NCBI GenBank assembly: GCA_964567015.1
Contig: CAZMKG010000003.1
Coordinates: 12,825 to 56,029 of the forward strand
Direction of reading: 5' to 3'
DNA length: 43,205 bases
Source of the DNA: an uncultured Gammaproteobacteria bacterium
Lineage (GTDB): Bacteria; Patescibacteriota; Patescibacteriia; Patescibacteriales; UBA12465
This document shows, one piece after another, positions 16,411 through 26,094 of the stretch (positions are counted from its first letter, which is position 1; every line of letters starts with the position of its first letter). The translations under genes and the position numbers were made by a program. Below the pieces are notes generated by a model. It was not told the DNA's origin, made no database searches, and was given only the letters and a program-made list of their open reading frames with translations.

Positions 16411-18922
16411 AGGAAAAATAAAATTTAATAACGAAAATAATTCAAAGAATATCGAAAATCGGTTTGCCGGTTTTGTCGTTGACTTGCGCCAAAAAATAAA
16501 TAGCGAAAATAAGCCGGCCGAGAAAATGGAGCAACCAAAAAAAACCGAACATTCAGGCGGGTATAATTTTAAGTCGCCACGAGGCAATAATCGGAGCTTT
16601 AAATTAAATTTGCTTAAAAAAAATAAGAAATCATTTTTCGAGAATCTTGGCCGGAAGTTTAGGAGGACTATAAAAAAATATTTTTCCGGCAGCGCCGGTT
16701 CCTGGATGGAATTTTTAAACGAAAAATCGCGGCTTTTTGAAACAGCCGCCAAATTGGATCTTGGGTCATTTCGAAGGAAGAATCTTTATAAGAAAAGAAT
16801 GGAGACAGCGGAAACGAAAGTTGTCTGGTATCGTTCAATCCTTTCTTTTGTTATTGTTTTAATATTGATTGTGATTCCGTTTAAACTCCTTTCTTATTTT
16901 AATATTTTTAATATCGACAAACTGGAAGCGCAGATAGTCGCCCGTTCGCAATCCGCTGTCCTTAATTTAATGGCCGCCGCCGATGCCGCCGGCAAAATGG
17001 ATTTTAAATCTTCAGCTTCCGAATTTAAAAATGCCGCCGGTGACTTTGTCTCCGCCGGGCAAAAGTTGAATGATATCAGCGACTCGCTTTTATTTTTAGC
17101 GTCTTTATCAGACAACCCGAAGTTGAAATTAGCTTCGGAGAGTAAAAAATTCTTGGCTGCGGGAGCTATCGCCTCTTCTTTGGGCGGTAATTTGGTTATG
17201 GCAACCGACAGTTTGTTCGCCGGCAATCAAGAGAATTTTTCCGCTTCGCTCGATAAATTTATTTATTACGGCGAGTCGGCTCTTGAAGATTCAAAAAGGC
17301 TAAAAAAGGGTCTGGCTAAGATAGATGTTAATAATTTGCCGGAAGAATATCGGGAGAAGTTTGCCGCTTTATCTGAACAAGCCGGCGCCCTTAGTGAAAA
17401 TCTGGGTAATTTTGTCGGCGCCGCCAGCAAGCTCAAGAGTATTTTAGGGGCGACTGCGGATAAAAGATATCTTCTTGTCTTTCAAAATAACTCTGAATTG
17501 CGCGCGAGCGGCGGATTTTTAGGGAGCTATGCGTTAGTTGATATCCGCGACGGTAAAATTCGTAATTTAGAAGTTCCCGGAGGCGGTTCTTACGATACCG
17601 AAGGCGGAATGAATGTCCGCGTGGTCGCTCCCGAACCGCTCTGGCTGGTTGATCCGCTTTGGCATTTTTGGGACGCTAATTGGTGGCCCGATTGGCCGAC
17701 GACGGCTAAAAATTTAATGTGGTTTTATGGAAAAAGCGGCGGGCCGACGGTTGACGGAGTAATCAGTTTGACTCCAACGGTCGTGGAAAGATTATTAAAG
17801 ATTACCGGTCCGATAGACATGACAAACGAATACGGATTAGTTATTGATTCCGATAATTTTTGGGAAGTTACGCAAAAGATTGTTGAACAAAAGAATATAA
17901 TTATGGACAATCCGGAAAACCCCGACGTCTTGGCCGGTATTCCGGCGACCTCTACTGTTTTAGAATCAAGCCTGCCCCTTAAACAGAATTTGGAAATTAA
18001 TAGTGATAATAAACCCAAGAAAATTATCGGCGACTTGATGGCTCGAATTATGGAGATTCTGCCGAGCAAGCTGACTAAAAATAATTTAGTCGATATTTTA
18101 GCGATGTTTGAAGACAGCTTGGCGGAAAAACAAATCCTTTTCTACTTTAACGATCCCGCCCTTCAGGCAGAAATTACTAAGCATAATTGGTCCGGAGAAA
18201 TAAAGGATGCCGATTATGATTATCTTATGGTAGTCGACACCAATATCGCCGGTCAAAAAACCGATCGTAAAATAGAGGAAAAGATAGAACATTACAGCGA
18301 GATAGGAATAGACGGTTCGATTGTTGACATGGTTAAAATTACCCGCGTCCATAAAGGAGTGAAAAATGAGCCTTTAACCGGCGTCCGCAATGTCGATTGG
18401 CTAAGAGTATATGTTCCTGCAGGGAGCGAACTTTTAGCGGCCGAAGGTTTTAAAAAACCGGACGAAGAATATTTTGATGAAAAACCAGACTCTTCTTGGC
18501 AAGAAAATAAATTGGTAAAAATTGAAAACGAAGCGTCGATTGATGAAACGAGCGGAACGAAAATCTATTTAGAAAATAATAAGACCGTCTTTGCCAATTG
18601 GGTTATGGTTGACCCCGGCGAGAGTGTTACTGTTACGCTTAAATACCGCTTGGCTTCAAATTTTTTGACAAATGACCGGTCCGATAATTGGCTGGAGAAA
18701 CTTAATGCGCTATTAAATCCCGATGAAGATTCCCCGGTTCCTTATAGTTTGGTTGTCCAAAAGCAGCCGGGCGCGATACCGAGCGAATTTTATAGCCGTT
18801 TGACGCTGCCTCTTGGTTGGGAAATATTCTGGAGCGACGCGGGCAAGTCAAGCGCCGCCGGACAGGAAATCAATGATCGGTTAAATTCAGATAAATATTG
18901 GCCGATTTTAATAAAAAAATAA
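16403..18922 (+). CDS. DUF4012-type membrane-anchored protein (839 aa)
   Basis: A long basic cytoplasmic tail and one TM helix are followed by the YLLVFQNNSELRASGGFLGSYALVDIRDGKI signature, which I associate with DUF4012. The start overlaps the GT4 stop by 8 nt. Confidence 0.8.
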   Translation: MSKGKIKFNNENNSKNIENRFAGFVVDLRQKINSENKPAEKMEQPKKTEHSGGYNFKSPRGNNRSFKLNLLKKNKKSFFENLGRKFRRTIKKYFSGSAGSWMEFLNEKSRLFETAAKLDLGSFRRKNLYKKRMETAETKVVWYRSILSFVIVLILIVIPFKLLSYFNIFNIDKLEAQIVARSQSAVLNLMAAADAAGKMDFKSSASEFKNAAGDFVSAGQKLNDISDSLLFLASLSDNPKLKLASESKKFLAAGAIASSLGGNLVMATDSLFAGNQENFSASLDKFIYYGESALEDSKRLKKGLAKIDVNNLPEEYREKFAALSEQAGALSENLGNFVGAASKLKSILGATADKRYLLVFQNNSELRASGGFLGSYALVDIRDGKIRNLEVPGGGSYDTEGGMNVRVVAPEPLWLVDPLWHFWDANWWPDWPTTAKNLMWFYGKSGGPTVDGVISLTPTVVERLLKITGPIDMTNEYGLVIDSDNFWEVTQKIVEQKNIIMDNPENPDVLAGIPATSTVLESSLPLKQNLEINSDNKPKKIIGDLMARIMEILPSKLTKNNLVDILAMFEDSLAEKQILFYFNDPALQAEITKHNWSGEIKDADYDYLMVVDTNIAGQKTDRKIEEKIEHYSEIGIDGSIVDMVKITRVHKGVKNEPLTGVRNVDWLRVYVPAGSELLAAEGFKKPDEEYFDEKPDSSWQENKLVKIENEASIDETSGTKIYLENNKTVFANWVMVDPGESVTVTLKYRLASNFLTNDRSDNWLEKLNALLNPDEDSPVPYSLVVQKQPGAIPSEFYSRLTLPLGWEIFWSDAGKSSAAGQEINDRLNSDKYWPILIKK

Positions 18923-18932
18923 TATTTCGAAT

Positions 18933-20927
18933 ATGAGCGAAGAAAAAAAAATAAAAAAAATATTGCGCGTCGCTAAAGAAGATTACTCAAGCCTGTCGGC
19001 TTTTGTCGAGCGCCCTGTACCGACGGAACGGGAAGTGTCTAGTTTTGAAAGCGCGATTAAGCGGGAGGCTCGCAGTCAGGAGATAGATACGCATCTTTCC
19101 GAAATCTATACCGATAAAAAAGGCAAGCTTGTCGATGTTAAAAAGATGAAAATAAAACGTCGTCAGTTGGCTATTATCCGCTTCTTTAAAAAACTGTTGA
19201 TTTTAACTTTACTGGTCGGAGCGGGCTATTTCGCTTATATATATTTTTTTGATAAATCCAGCGACGTTAATTCTTTAGAAATAAACATTAACGCTCCGGA
19301 AAAAGTTATTGTCGGCGAAGAATTTTCCTATGTTATCGATTATCATAATCCGAGCAAATTTATTTTTAGAAATGTTCATCTGGAAATACAATACCCGGAA
19401 AATTTTATTTTAACGGACAGCTCGATAAAGCCGGATAGCGGCAATTACGGTTGGAATCTGCCGAATCTTGAACCGGGAGCTAACGCCGAGTTGAGCGTTA
19501 CCGGAAAGTTGATAAGCAAACCGGATTCGGTTAATATCATCACTTCGCGTTTAAGCTATCTGCCTTCCGATTATTCCAGCCAGTTTAAAAAAGAAGCTTC
19601 GGCCTCAACCGTGATTAACGGTTTAGGTTGGAGCGCCGATCTGCTTTATAGCAACACCGCTTTTCTAAATCAAGACAATGAAATTGTTTTAAGTTTATCG
19701 GATGTAGAAAATAACTATCTCGGGGATTTTAATTTAACTTTTTCTTTGCCGGAAGAAACTAATGTTGCTATCGCTTCCGATTTGATTGACAAAAATGGAT
19801 CATCGACCGATTCTACAAGTTCTATTAAAGCGGTGAAAGCCGGCGGGGTAAGTTGGAAAATAAGCGGTCTGAGCCGGGAAGCGGGACGTCAGGAAATTCC
19901 GATCACTTATAAAATAAACACAAAAATAGAGAAACCGGAGATTATCGTTCGCTTGGAAAAGAAATTGGAAGACGGTCAAGCCTATGTTTTCTGGGAAAAA
20001 TCCATTCAACCGGAGCTAGTTAAAAGCGATCTTAATTTAGAGATGTCCGTCAATGGCGTTAAAGCGGATAATGCCGTAAATTTCGGTCAAACTTTGGATT
20101 ATTCGATCAGTTATAACAATAAAGGCGAGGGCTCGTTTAAAGATGTTGTTATTATGGCTGTTTTAGGAAGTGATTTCGTTGATTTCAATTCTTTAAAGAT
20201 GAAAGACAAGGGAAATCTGAACGAGCAAACCATAACTTGGACAAAAAATGAAATTCCGGCATTGGCAGAAATTAAGCCCGGGCAGGAAGGTTCAATAAAT
20301 TTTTCCGTCAATTTGGCGGCGTTTAGCGATGATAATTTAGGCAAGGAACTGAGCGTTAATTCCTATGCCCAGTATAGCGTTAATAACCAGGCGGTGAAAA
20401 ATACCGACAATAAAAGCAATACAATAACCAGTCGGATAAACAGCGATTTAAGCCTAAGTGAACGTATTCTTTATTTTAATGAAGATAATATGCCGGTCGG
20501 CTCCGGGCCTCTGCCTCCGAAAGTCGGAGAGAAGACTAGCTTTAAGGTTTATTGGGTTGTGAAAAACAATTTGCATGAACTTTCGGACGTAAAAGTTATT
20601 TTTAACTTGCCGGCCAATATTAATTTTGACGAAAAAAATTACACTAATGTCGGCAGTCTTTATTACGATGCCGCTTCCCGCCGAGTAATTTGGGAAATAG
20701 GACGATTGCCGGTTTCGGTTTATCGCGCCGACGCGGAGTTTAATATAAGCGTTACCCCTTCGACCGCCGACCGCGATAAGATACTGGTATTGTCTCCCGG
20801 CTCGACAGTCGAGGCTCTCGATACGGAAACAAAAAATGTTATCAGTAAAAAGACTTCCGCCAAAACCACAAAACTCGAGGATGATGATATCGTTAACTTA
20901 AATAATTCAGCCGGAAGAGTGCAGTAA
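18933..20927 (+). CDS. Membrane-anchored extracytoplasmic protein (664 aa) with repeated beta-sandwich (DUF11/CARDB-like) modules
   Basis: A cytoplasmic tail and TM helix (LLILTLLVGAGYFAYIYFF) are followed by recurring L/IxPGxxxxxxxxV/L motifs (NLEPGANAELSVTGKL, EIKPGQEGSINFSVNL, VGEKTSFKVYWVV). Confidence 0.75.
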   Translation: MSEEKKIKKILRVAKEDYSSLSAFVERPVPTEREVSSFESAIKREARSQEIDTHLSEIYTDKKGKLVDVKKMKIKRRQLAIIRFFKKLLILTLLVGAGYFAYIYFFDKSSDVNSLEININAPEKVIVGEEFSYVIDYHNPSKFIFRNVHLEIQYPENFILTDSSIKPDSGNYGWNLPNLEPGANAELSVTGKLISKPDSVNIITSRLSYLPSDYSSQFKKEASASTVINGLGWSADLLYSNTAFLNQDNEIVLSLSDVENNYLGDFNLTFSLPEETNVAIASDLIDKNGSSTDSTSSIKAVKAGGVSWKISGLSREAGRQEIPITYKINTKIEKPEIIVRLEKKLEDGQAYVFWEKSIQPELVKSDLNLEMSVNGVKADNAVNFGQTLDYSISYNNKGEGSFKDVVIMAVLGSDFVDFNSLKMKDKGNLNEQTITWTKNEIPALAEIKPGQEGSINFSVNLAAFSDDNLGKELSVNSYAQYSVNNQAVKNTDNKSNTITSRINSDLSLSERILYFNEDNMPVGSGPLPPKVGEKTSFKVYWVVKNNLHELSDVKVIFNLPANINFDEKNYTNVGSLYYDAASRRVIWEIGRLPVSVYRADAEFNISVTPSTADRDKILVLSPGSTVEALDTETKNVISKKTSAKTTKLEDDDIVNLNNSAGRVQ

Positions 20928-20931
20928 TCCT

Positions 20932-22029
20932 ATGTTTAAATTGATAAAAACAACCAAGTCCGGAGTCAGACAGGGGGTTTTAAAAACGCCGCATGGAACT
21001 TTGCGCACGCCTTTTTATATGCCGGACGCCACCCGTGGTTTTATAAAATTAACCGCGAACGACGAAGTGGCGCAAACCGGCACGGAAGCTTTAGTAGTTA
21101 ACACTTTTCATCTTTATCTCCAGCCGGGACTCGATATTATAAAAAAAGCCGGCGGCATCCATAAATTTATGAATTGGTCCGGACCGCTGTTATCAGACTC
21201 GGGCGGTTTTCAAGTTTTTTCCTTGATTCATAAGAATCGACAGATGGGCAAAATCGATGACGAAAAAGTTATTTTTAAATCGCCGCTTGACGGCTCCAAA
21301 CACGAGTTAACTCCGGAAAAATCTATTCAAATTCAATTCGCTCTCGGTGTTGACATGATGGTTTGTCTCGATGATTGTCCGCCAAACGAATTTTCCCGCA
21401 TCGATATGGAGAAAGCGGTCGCGCGCACTATCGCCTGGGCGAAGCGTTGTAAAAAGGAATATCAGAAACAAATAAAAAAAAGGAAGTTAACCGGCTCGCG
21501 AAAACCGCTTTTATTCGCCGTGATTCAAGGAGGCGCGGAAATTGATTTAAGAGAAAAGTGCGCTCGGGAATTGGCAGCAATCGGTTTTGACGGTTATGGT
21601 TTCGGCGCGCGGCCGATTGATAAAGACGGAAATTTTTTGGAGGAAGTTTTAGTAAAGACAGCTTCCTTTATTCCGGAAACGGCTTTGCGCTTTGCTTTAG
21701 GCATCGGCACCCCGGAAGATATATTGCGTTGCGCTAAAATGGGCTGGGACATGTTTGATTGTGTCATCCCGACCAGGGAAGGCCGCCACGGAAAACTTTT
21801 TATCGCCGAAAAAGGCGGGCAGTATTCCAATATCAATATAAATAATGCTCGTTTTTCCTCTGATTTTTCGCCGATTAATAAGAAAAGCGGGATTAAAGAG
21901 CTAAAAACAAATTCTAGAGCTTACCTCCACCACCTTTTTAAACTCAATGAACTATTAGGGCAGAAGATGGCCAGTTTAAATAATTTAGAATTTTACCAGG
22001 ATATTTTAGTCCGGCTTCGACGTTCTTAA
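20932..22029 (+). CDS. tgt: tRNA-guanine transglycosylase family protein (atypical)
   Basis: 365 aa with DSGGFQV, LGIGTPEDIL, MFDCVIPTREGRHG and SRAYLHHL motifs. It lacks the CxCxxC zinc motif and the GGLAVGE pocket motif. Confidence 0.85.
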   Translation: MFKLIKTTKSGVRQGVLKTPHGTLRTPFYMPDATRGFIKLTANDEVAQTGTEALVVNTFHLYLQPGLDIIKKAGGIHKFMNWSGPLLSDSGGFQVFSLIHKNRQMGKIDDEKVIFKSPLDGSKHELTPEKSIQIQFALGVDMMVCLDDCPPNEFSRIDMEKAVARTIAWAKRCKKEYQKQIKKRKLTGSRKPLLFAVIQGGAEIDLREKCARELAAIGFDGYGFGARPIDKDGNFLEEVLVKTASFIPETALRFALGIGTPEDILRCAKMGWDMFDCVIPTREGRHGKLFIAEKGGQYSNININNARFSSDFSPINKKSGIKELKTNSRAYLHHLFKLNELLGQKMASLNNLEFYQDILVRLRRS

Positions 22030-22030
22030 T

Positions 22031-23149
22031 TTGAAGCTTATGATTCAATTGTTGATTTCTTTTATTTTTTCGGTTATCGCGCTTATCTTCGGGCACGTCG
22101 CTTTTTGGTTTTCTTTGGCTAATCTTTTCTCGGTGTCTGACGATTTTAAAACAGCGGCGGCTCTGGCAATTTTATTTATGTTCTTGAGCGTTGTTCTTTC
22201 TTCATTTTTAATCCATAAAAAAGATAGTGTGGCGGCGCGCTGGTATTATTTTATATCTTGTTCTTGGATTGGATTATTGGTTAATCTCTGTTTAATGGCT
22301 TTAGCGCTGTTTGCGTTAAAATTTATCGGTTGGATTTTTAATTTTTCTCTGTCGTCTCTTGTAATCGCCTTGATATTTTTTGGCGGCGCTTTTTGCCTTT
22401 CTCTTTTAGGAATCTACAAAGCCTTTTTCCCTAAAGTCGTTTCCTATGAAGTTAAGATTAAAGATTTGCCGGAGAGTTGGGATAATAAGACCGTTGTCCA
22501 AATTTCCGATATCCATCTCGGTCCGGTATACCGTAAAAAATTTTTTGAGCGCTTGCTTGATAAGATTCAAACCTTGAATCCGGAAGCGGTTTTTATCACC
22601 GGCGATCTGTTTGACGGCATGGAATCGGATTTCGGTTGGGTCAATCATCCTTTTACAAAAATTAAGGCGCCGAAAGGAATTTATTATTCATTTGGCAACC
22701 ACGATCTCTATTTGGGTTTTGAGCGAGTAATTGATATTTTAAAAGATAATCCCGTTACGATTCTTGCCGACCGAATGATAATAGTTGACGGTTTGCAGAT
22801 AATCGGGATAAACTATTCATTTAACAAAGATTTTGATTTGCAAGCGGCGATTTTAAAACAAGTCGGTTATGATCGGAAGTTGCCGAGTATTCTTTTATTC
22901 CACGAACCGAGGCATGTCCGTTTTGCCAAAGAAGCGGAAATCGATTTACAATTGTCCGGACACACCCATAACGGCCAGCTTTTTCCTTTTAATTATCTGG
23001 CGAAGCTGATGTATGGCGGCCATGGCTACGGTCTTTTTAAAGATCAGGATTTTTCTTTGATTGTTAGTGCCGGCGTCGGCACTTGGTGGCCGCCGATGAG
23101 AACAAGCGGCCGGAGCGAGATAGTAAAAATTATTCTTAAGAAAAAATAA
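22031..23149 (+). CDS. Membrane-anchored calcineurin-like metallophosphoesterase
   Basis: About 4-5 N-terminal TM helices are followed by DIHLG, GDLFDG, GNHD and GHTH motifs. The track start is TTG 22031; an in-frame ATG at 22040 is an alternative. Confidence 0.85.
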   Translation: MKLMIQLLISFIFSVIALIFGHVAFWFSLANLFSVSDDFKTAAALAILFMFLSVVLSSFLIHKKDSVAARWYYFISCSWIGLLVNLCLMALALFALKFIGWIFNFSLSSLVIALIFFGGAFCLSLLGIYKAFFPKVVSYEVKIKDLPESWDNKTVVQISDIHLGPVYRKKFFERLLDKIQTLNPEAVFITGDLFDGMESDFGWVNHPFTKIKAPKGIYYSFGNHDLYLGFERVIDILKDNPVTILADRMIIVDGLQIIGINYSFNKDFDLQAAILKQVGYDRKLPSILLFHEPRHVRFAKEAEIDLQLSGHTHNGQLFPFNYLAKLMYGGHGYGLFKDQDFSLIVSAGVGTWWPPMRTSGRSEIVKIILKKK

Positions 23150-23150
23150 A

Positions 23151-24158
23151 ATGAATTTAGAAAAATTATCCGAAATTTTACAAGTTGAGCCGAAATATCG
23201 TTTTTCCCAGGTTAATAGAGCTGTCTGGCAGGATTTCATTTCTTCTTGGCGCGAGGTTTCTAATTTGCCGAAAAGTCTTAGAGAAAAATTAGAAGAGGAA
23301 TGTCCTTTGGAGATTAAGGCGGAACTGGAAGCTAATAAGAGTAAAAATAAGAGCATTAAAGCTTTGATTACTCTCGGCGACGGCGAAGCGATTGAAACTG
23401 TTTTAATACGCCAGAAAGACAAGCGCAATACCGTTTGTGTCTCTGCGCAGGTTGGGTGCCCGCTGGCTTGCGAATTTTGCGCTACCGGAAAATTCGGCTT
23501 CCGTCGCAATCTGACTTCCGCGGAAATTGTCGAACAGGTTGTTTTTTGGGCGCGTTATTTGAAAGCGGAAAATAATGGCGGTAAAGTCGATAATATCGTT
23601 TTTATGGGCATGGGCGAGCCGTTTTTAAATTATGCGGAATTTATCAAGGCCGTTAAATTTTTGAATAATCCGGAAACTTTCAATATCGGTTCGCGCCGGA
23701 TGTCCGTTTCGACAGCCGGTATTGTCGAGGGCATAAAAAAACTGGCCGGGGAAAAGATACAGATAAATTTAGCCATTTCGCTTCACGCCGCCAATGAAAA
23801 TTTGCGCAAAGATTTGATGCCGATAGCGAAAAAATATAATTTGCACGAAATTTTAAAGACTGTCGATAACTATATCGCGAAAACCGGCCGGCGGGTGATG
23901 TTTGAGTATCTGATGATAAAAGAGGTTAATGACAGCGATAAAGACGCTATTGAGTTGGCAAAAATAATGAGGCACCCTTTATATATGGTTAATTTGATTC
24001 CCTATAATGAAACCGGGAGATTTAAGTCTTCAAGTCGCGAACGGATTGAAAAATTTAAAAAAATTTTAGAAGACGCCGGCGTAGCCGTGACTGTGCGTTT
24101 AAGTTTTGGCGCGGATATAACCGCCGCTTGCGGACAGTTGCGCGGCCGGAAAAAATAA
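23151..24158 (+). CDS. rlmN: 23S rRNA/tRNA (adenine-C2)-methyltransferase RlmN (radical SAM)
   Basis: 335 aa with the CPLACEFCATG radical-SAM cluster motif, GMGEP, and a C-terminal catalytic Cys (TAACGQL). Confidence 0.9.
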   Translation: MNLEKLSEILQVEPKYRFSQVNRAVWQDFISSWREVSNLPKSLREKLEEECPLEIKAELEANKSKNKSIKALITLGDGEAIETVLIRQKDKRNTVCVSAQVGCPLACEFCATGKFGFRRNLTSAEIVEQVVFWARYLKAENNGGKVDNIVFMGMGEPFLNYAEFIKAVKFLNNPETFNIGSRRMSVSTAGIVEGIKKLAGEKIQINLAISLHAANENLRKDLMPIAKKYNLHEILKTVDNYIAKTGRRVMFEYLMIKEVNDSDKDAIELAKIMRHPLYMVNLIPYNETGRFKSSSRERIEKFKKILEDAGVAVTVRLSFGADITAACGQLRGRKK

Positions 24159-24174
24159 ATCCTTTGATTATTTA

Positions 24175-24732
24175 ATGGAAAAGAGAATAATTTTAAACGA
24201 ACAACTCATAATTTATAAGTTGAAGATAAGTAATCGCGCCAGGCATATCCGTCTGGCCGTTTATCGTAATGGCGATTTAGTTATAACCTGCCCGAAAGGC
24301 TTTAAAGTTGGGGCGATTGAGGATTTTATCAGAAAGCAAAGCGCTTGGATAACCAAGAAAAAGAAATACTTTACCGATCTTGGCGCCGGACCGCTTGATT
24401 ATTTAACACGGCAAGATTATTTTAACAAGAAGGAAGAGGCGCGCGTCTTAATTTCTAAGCGCTTGGAGTATTTTAATTGTTTTTATGATTTTAAATATTT
24501 AAAAATTAATATTCATAATCAAAAAACACGTTGGGGAAGCTGTTCGCGCGATGGAAGCTTGAATTTCAATTTTCGCTTGCTTTATCTTCCGGAATCGATA
24601 CGCGATTATGTTATCGTACACGAACTCTGCCATCTAAAGGAGCTCAATCATTCTTCTCGTTTTTGGTCTTTAGTTTCTTTGGCGATTCCCGATTTTCGGG
24701 ATTTAAAAAAGAAATTAAGGGTTTTTGGTTAG
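24175..24732 (+). CDS. YgjP/DUF45-type (M48-like) zinc metallopeptidase
   Basis: 185 aa with an HExxH motif in VIVHELCHLKELNHS, typical of the YgjP-like family. Confidence 0.8.
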   Translation: MEKRIILNEQLIIYKLKISNRARHIRLAVYRNGDLVITCPKGFKVGAIEDFIRKQSAWITKKKKYFTDLGAGPLDYLTRQDYFNKKEEARVLISKRLEYFNCFYDFKYLKINIHNQKTRWGSCSRDGSLNFNFRLLYLPESIRDYVIVHELCHLKELNHSSRFWSLVSLAIPDFRDLKKKLRVFG

Positions 24733-24789
24733 CGCCTGGCTCCATATTCTGATATAATGTTTTTATAATAAATAAAATATAAAAAATTT

Positions 24790-25383
24790 ATGTTTATTTT
24801 ATCTTCGTTACCTTATGATAAATCGGCGCTTGAACCGCATATTTCCGCCCGCACAATCGATTTTCACTACGGGAAACACCATCAAACCTATGTCGACAAC
24901 CTTAATAAATTAATTGCCAACACGGAATTTGAAACCATGAAACTTGAAGATATAATTTTAAAAACGGCCGGCAGCTTAAACCAGGCGGCGGTTTTTAACA
25001 ATGCCGCGCAGGTCTATAATCATGATTTTTTTTGGCGCAGCCTTAAACCGACCGGAGAAATTTCGGAACCAAGCGCGGTTTTAAACTCTTTAATAGAAAA
25101 GTCTTTCGGAAGTCCGGAGAACTTTTATAATGAATTTAAGGCGGCTGCTATCGGACAATTCGGCAGCGGGTGGGTTTGGCTGGTTAAAGACGGAGAAAAT
25201 TTAAAGATAATAAAAACCGCTAATGCCGATACTCCTATTGTCCATGGTTTAAAACCACTTTTAGTAATCGATGTTTGGGAACATGCCTATTATCTCGACT
25301 ACCAGAATCGTCGCGGCGATTTTGTCGGTAACGCGATGAGTAATCTTTTAAATTGGAAATTTGCGGAAAGCAATCTTCAGTAA
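24790..25383 (+). CDS. Fe/Mn superoxide dismutase
   Basis: 197 aa with FHYGKHHQTYV and DVWEHAYYLDYQN signatures. Confidence 0.95.
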   Translation: MFILSSLPYDKSALEPHISARTIDFHYGKHHQTYVDNLNKLIANTEFETMKLEDIILKTAGSLNQAAVFNNAAQVYNHDFFWRSLKPTGEISEPSAVLNSLIEKSFGSPENFYNEFKAAAIGQFGSGWVWLVKDGENLKIIKTANADTPIVHGLKPLLVIDVWEHAYYLDYQNRRGDFVGNAMSNLLNWKFAESNLQ

Positions 25384-25410
25384 ATAAAATAGCAATAAAA
25401 AGTAAATTCT

Positions 25411-26082
25411 ATGTATCAAAGTCCATATAAAAAAATAAAGCCGAAAGCGCACGGTCCGTATACGGAAATTTATCTGATTAGACATTGCCATCCTGACTAC
25501 AAGAAAGAAAAGAAGCTCGGCGAGAAGAATATGCCCTTATCAACAAGGGGTCTCGAACAAAGAAAATTTCTAACAAAGAAGTTGTTGTCGATGAAGATTA
25601 ATCGAATTTATTCCAGCGAAATCGTCCGCGCCCTTGAAACCGCCGCCGCTTATTCTAAAGCAGAGAAGAAGAGAGTGTTCATCGACGCGCGTTTAAATGA
25701 AATCGACTGGACGCATTGGGTTAAGGTAAAGTATTTCAATATGTCCGAAAAGACGCGCGCGAAAAAATTCAAGCAATATCGCGCCCTCGATAAACAATTG
25801 GACGAAATCCAAACGGTTGCTCGGAGAGCCCTGGCGGATATTTATAGAGATAATAAAGGGAAGAGCGTTGCCGTCTTTTCCCACGGAAATTTTATAAAGG
25901 CTCTTATAACCGGAATTCTCAACGCCGACATTATCGGTTTTCTGTCTTTGGAAATATTTCAATCGTCAATCACCAAGTTATTGATTGATCGCGACGGTTT
26001 TGTGAGGATAAATTATATAAACAACGTTGACCATCTGCCTTGGGCTATAAACGAGGATTTATATAAGACTTTGATAGATTAA
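25411..26082 (+). CDS. Histidine phosphatase family protein
   Basis: IYLIRHCHP (an RH catalytic pair, with C in place of the usual G) and a downstream FSHGNF motif. Confidence 0.75.
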   Translation: MYQSPYKKIKPKAHGPYTEIYLIRHCHPDYKKEKKLGEKNMPLSTRGLEQRKFLTKKLLSMKINRIYSSEIVRALETAAAYSKAEKKRVFIDARLNEIDWTHWVKVKYFNMSEKTRAKKFKQYRALDKQLDEIQTVARRALADIYRDNKGKSVAVFSHGNFIKALITGILNADIIGFLSLEIFQSSITKLLIDRDGFVRINYINNVDHLPWAINEDLYKTLID

Positions 26083-26094
26083 GTATTTAGAAAA

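Noticed and set aside
22946-23509. 187-aa ORF on the - strand, spanning the junction of the metallophosphoesterase and rlmN genes
   Set aside because: It lies entirely antisense to two motif-supported + strand genes. The product is low-complexity and Ser/Leu/Lys-rich, and it has no promoter or terminator of its own. It is most likely a chance antisense frame.
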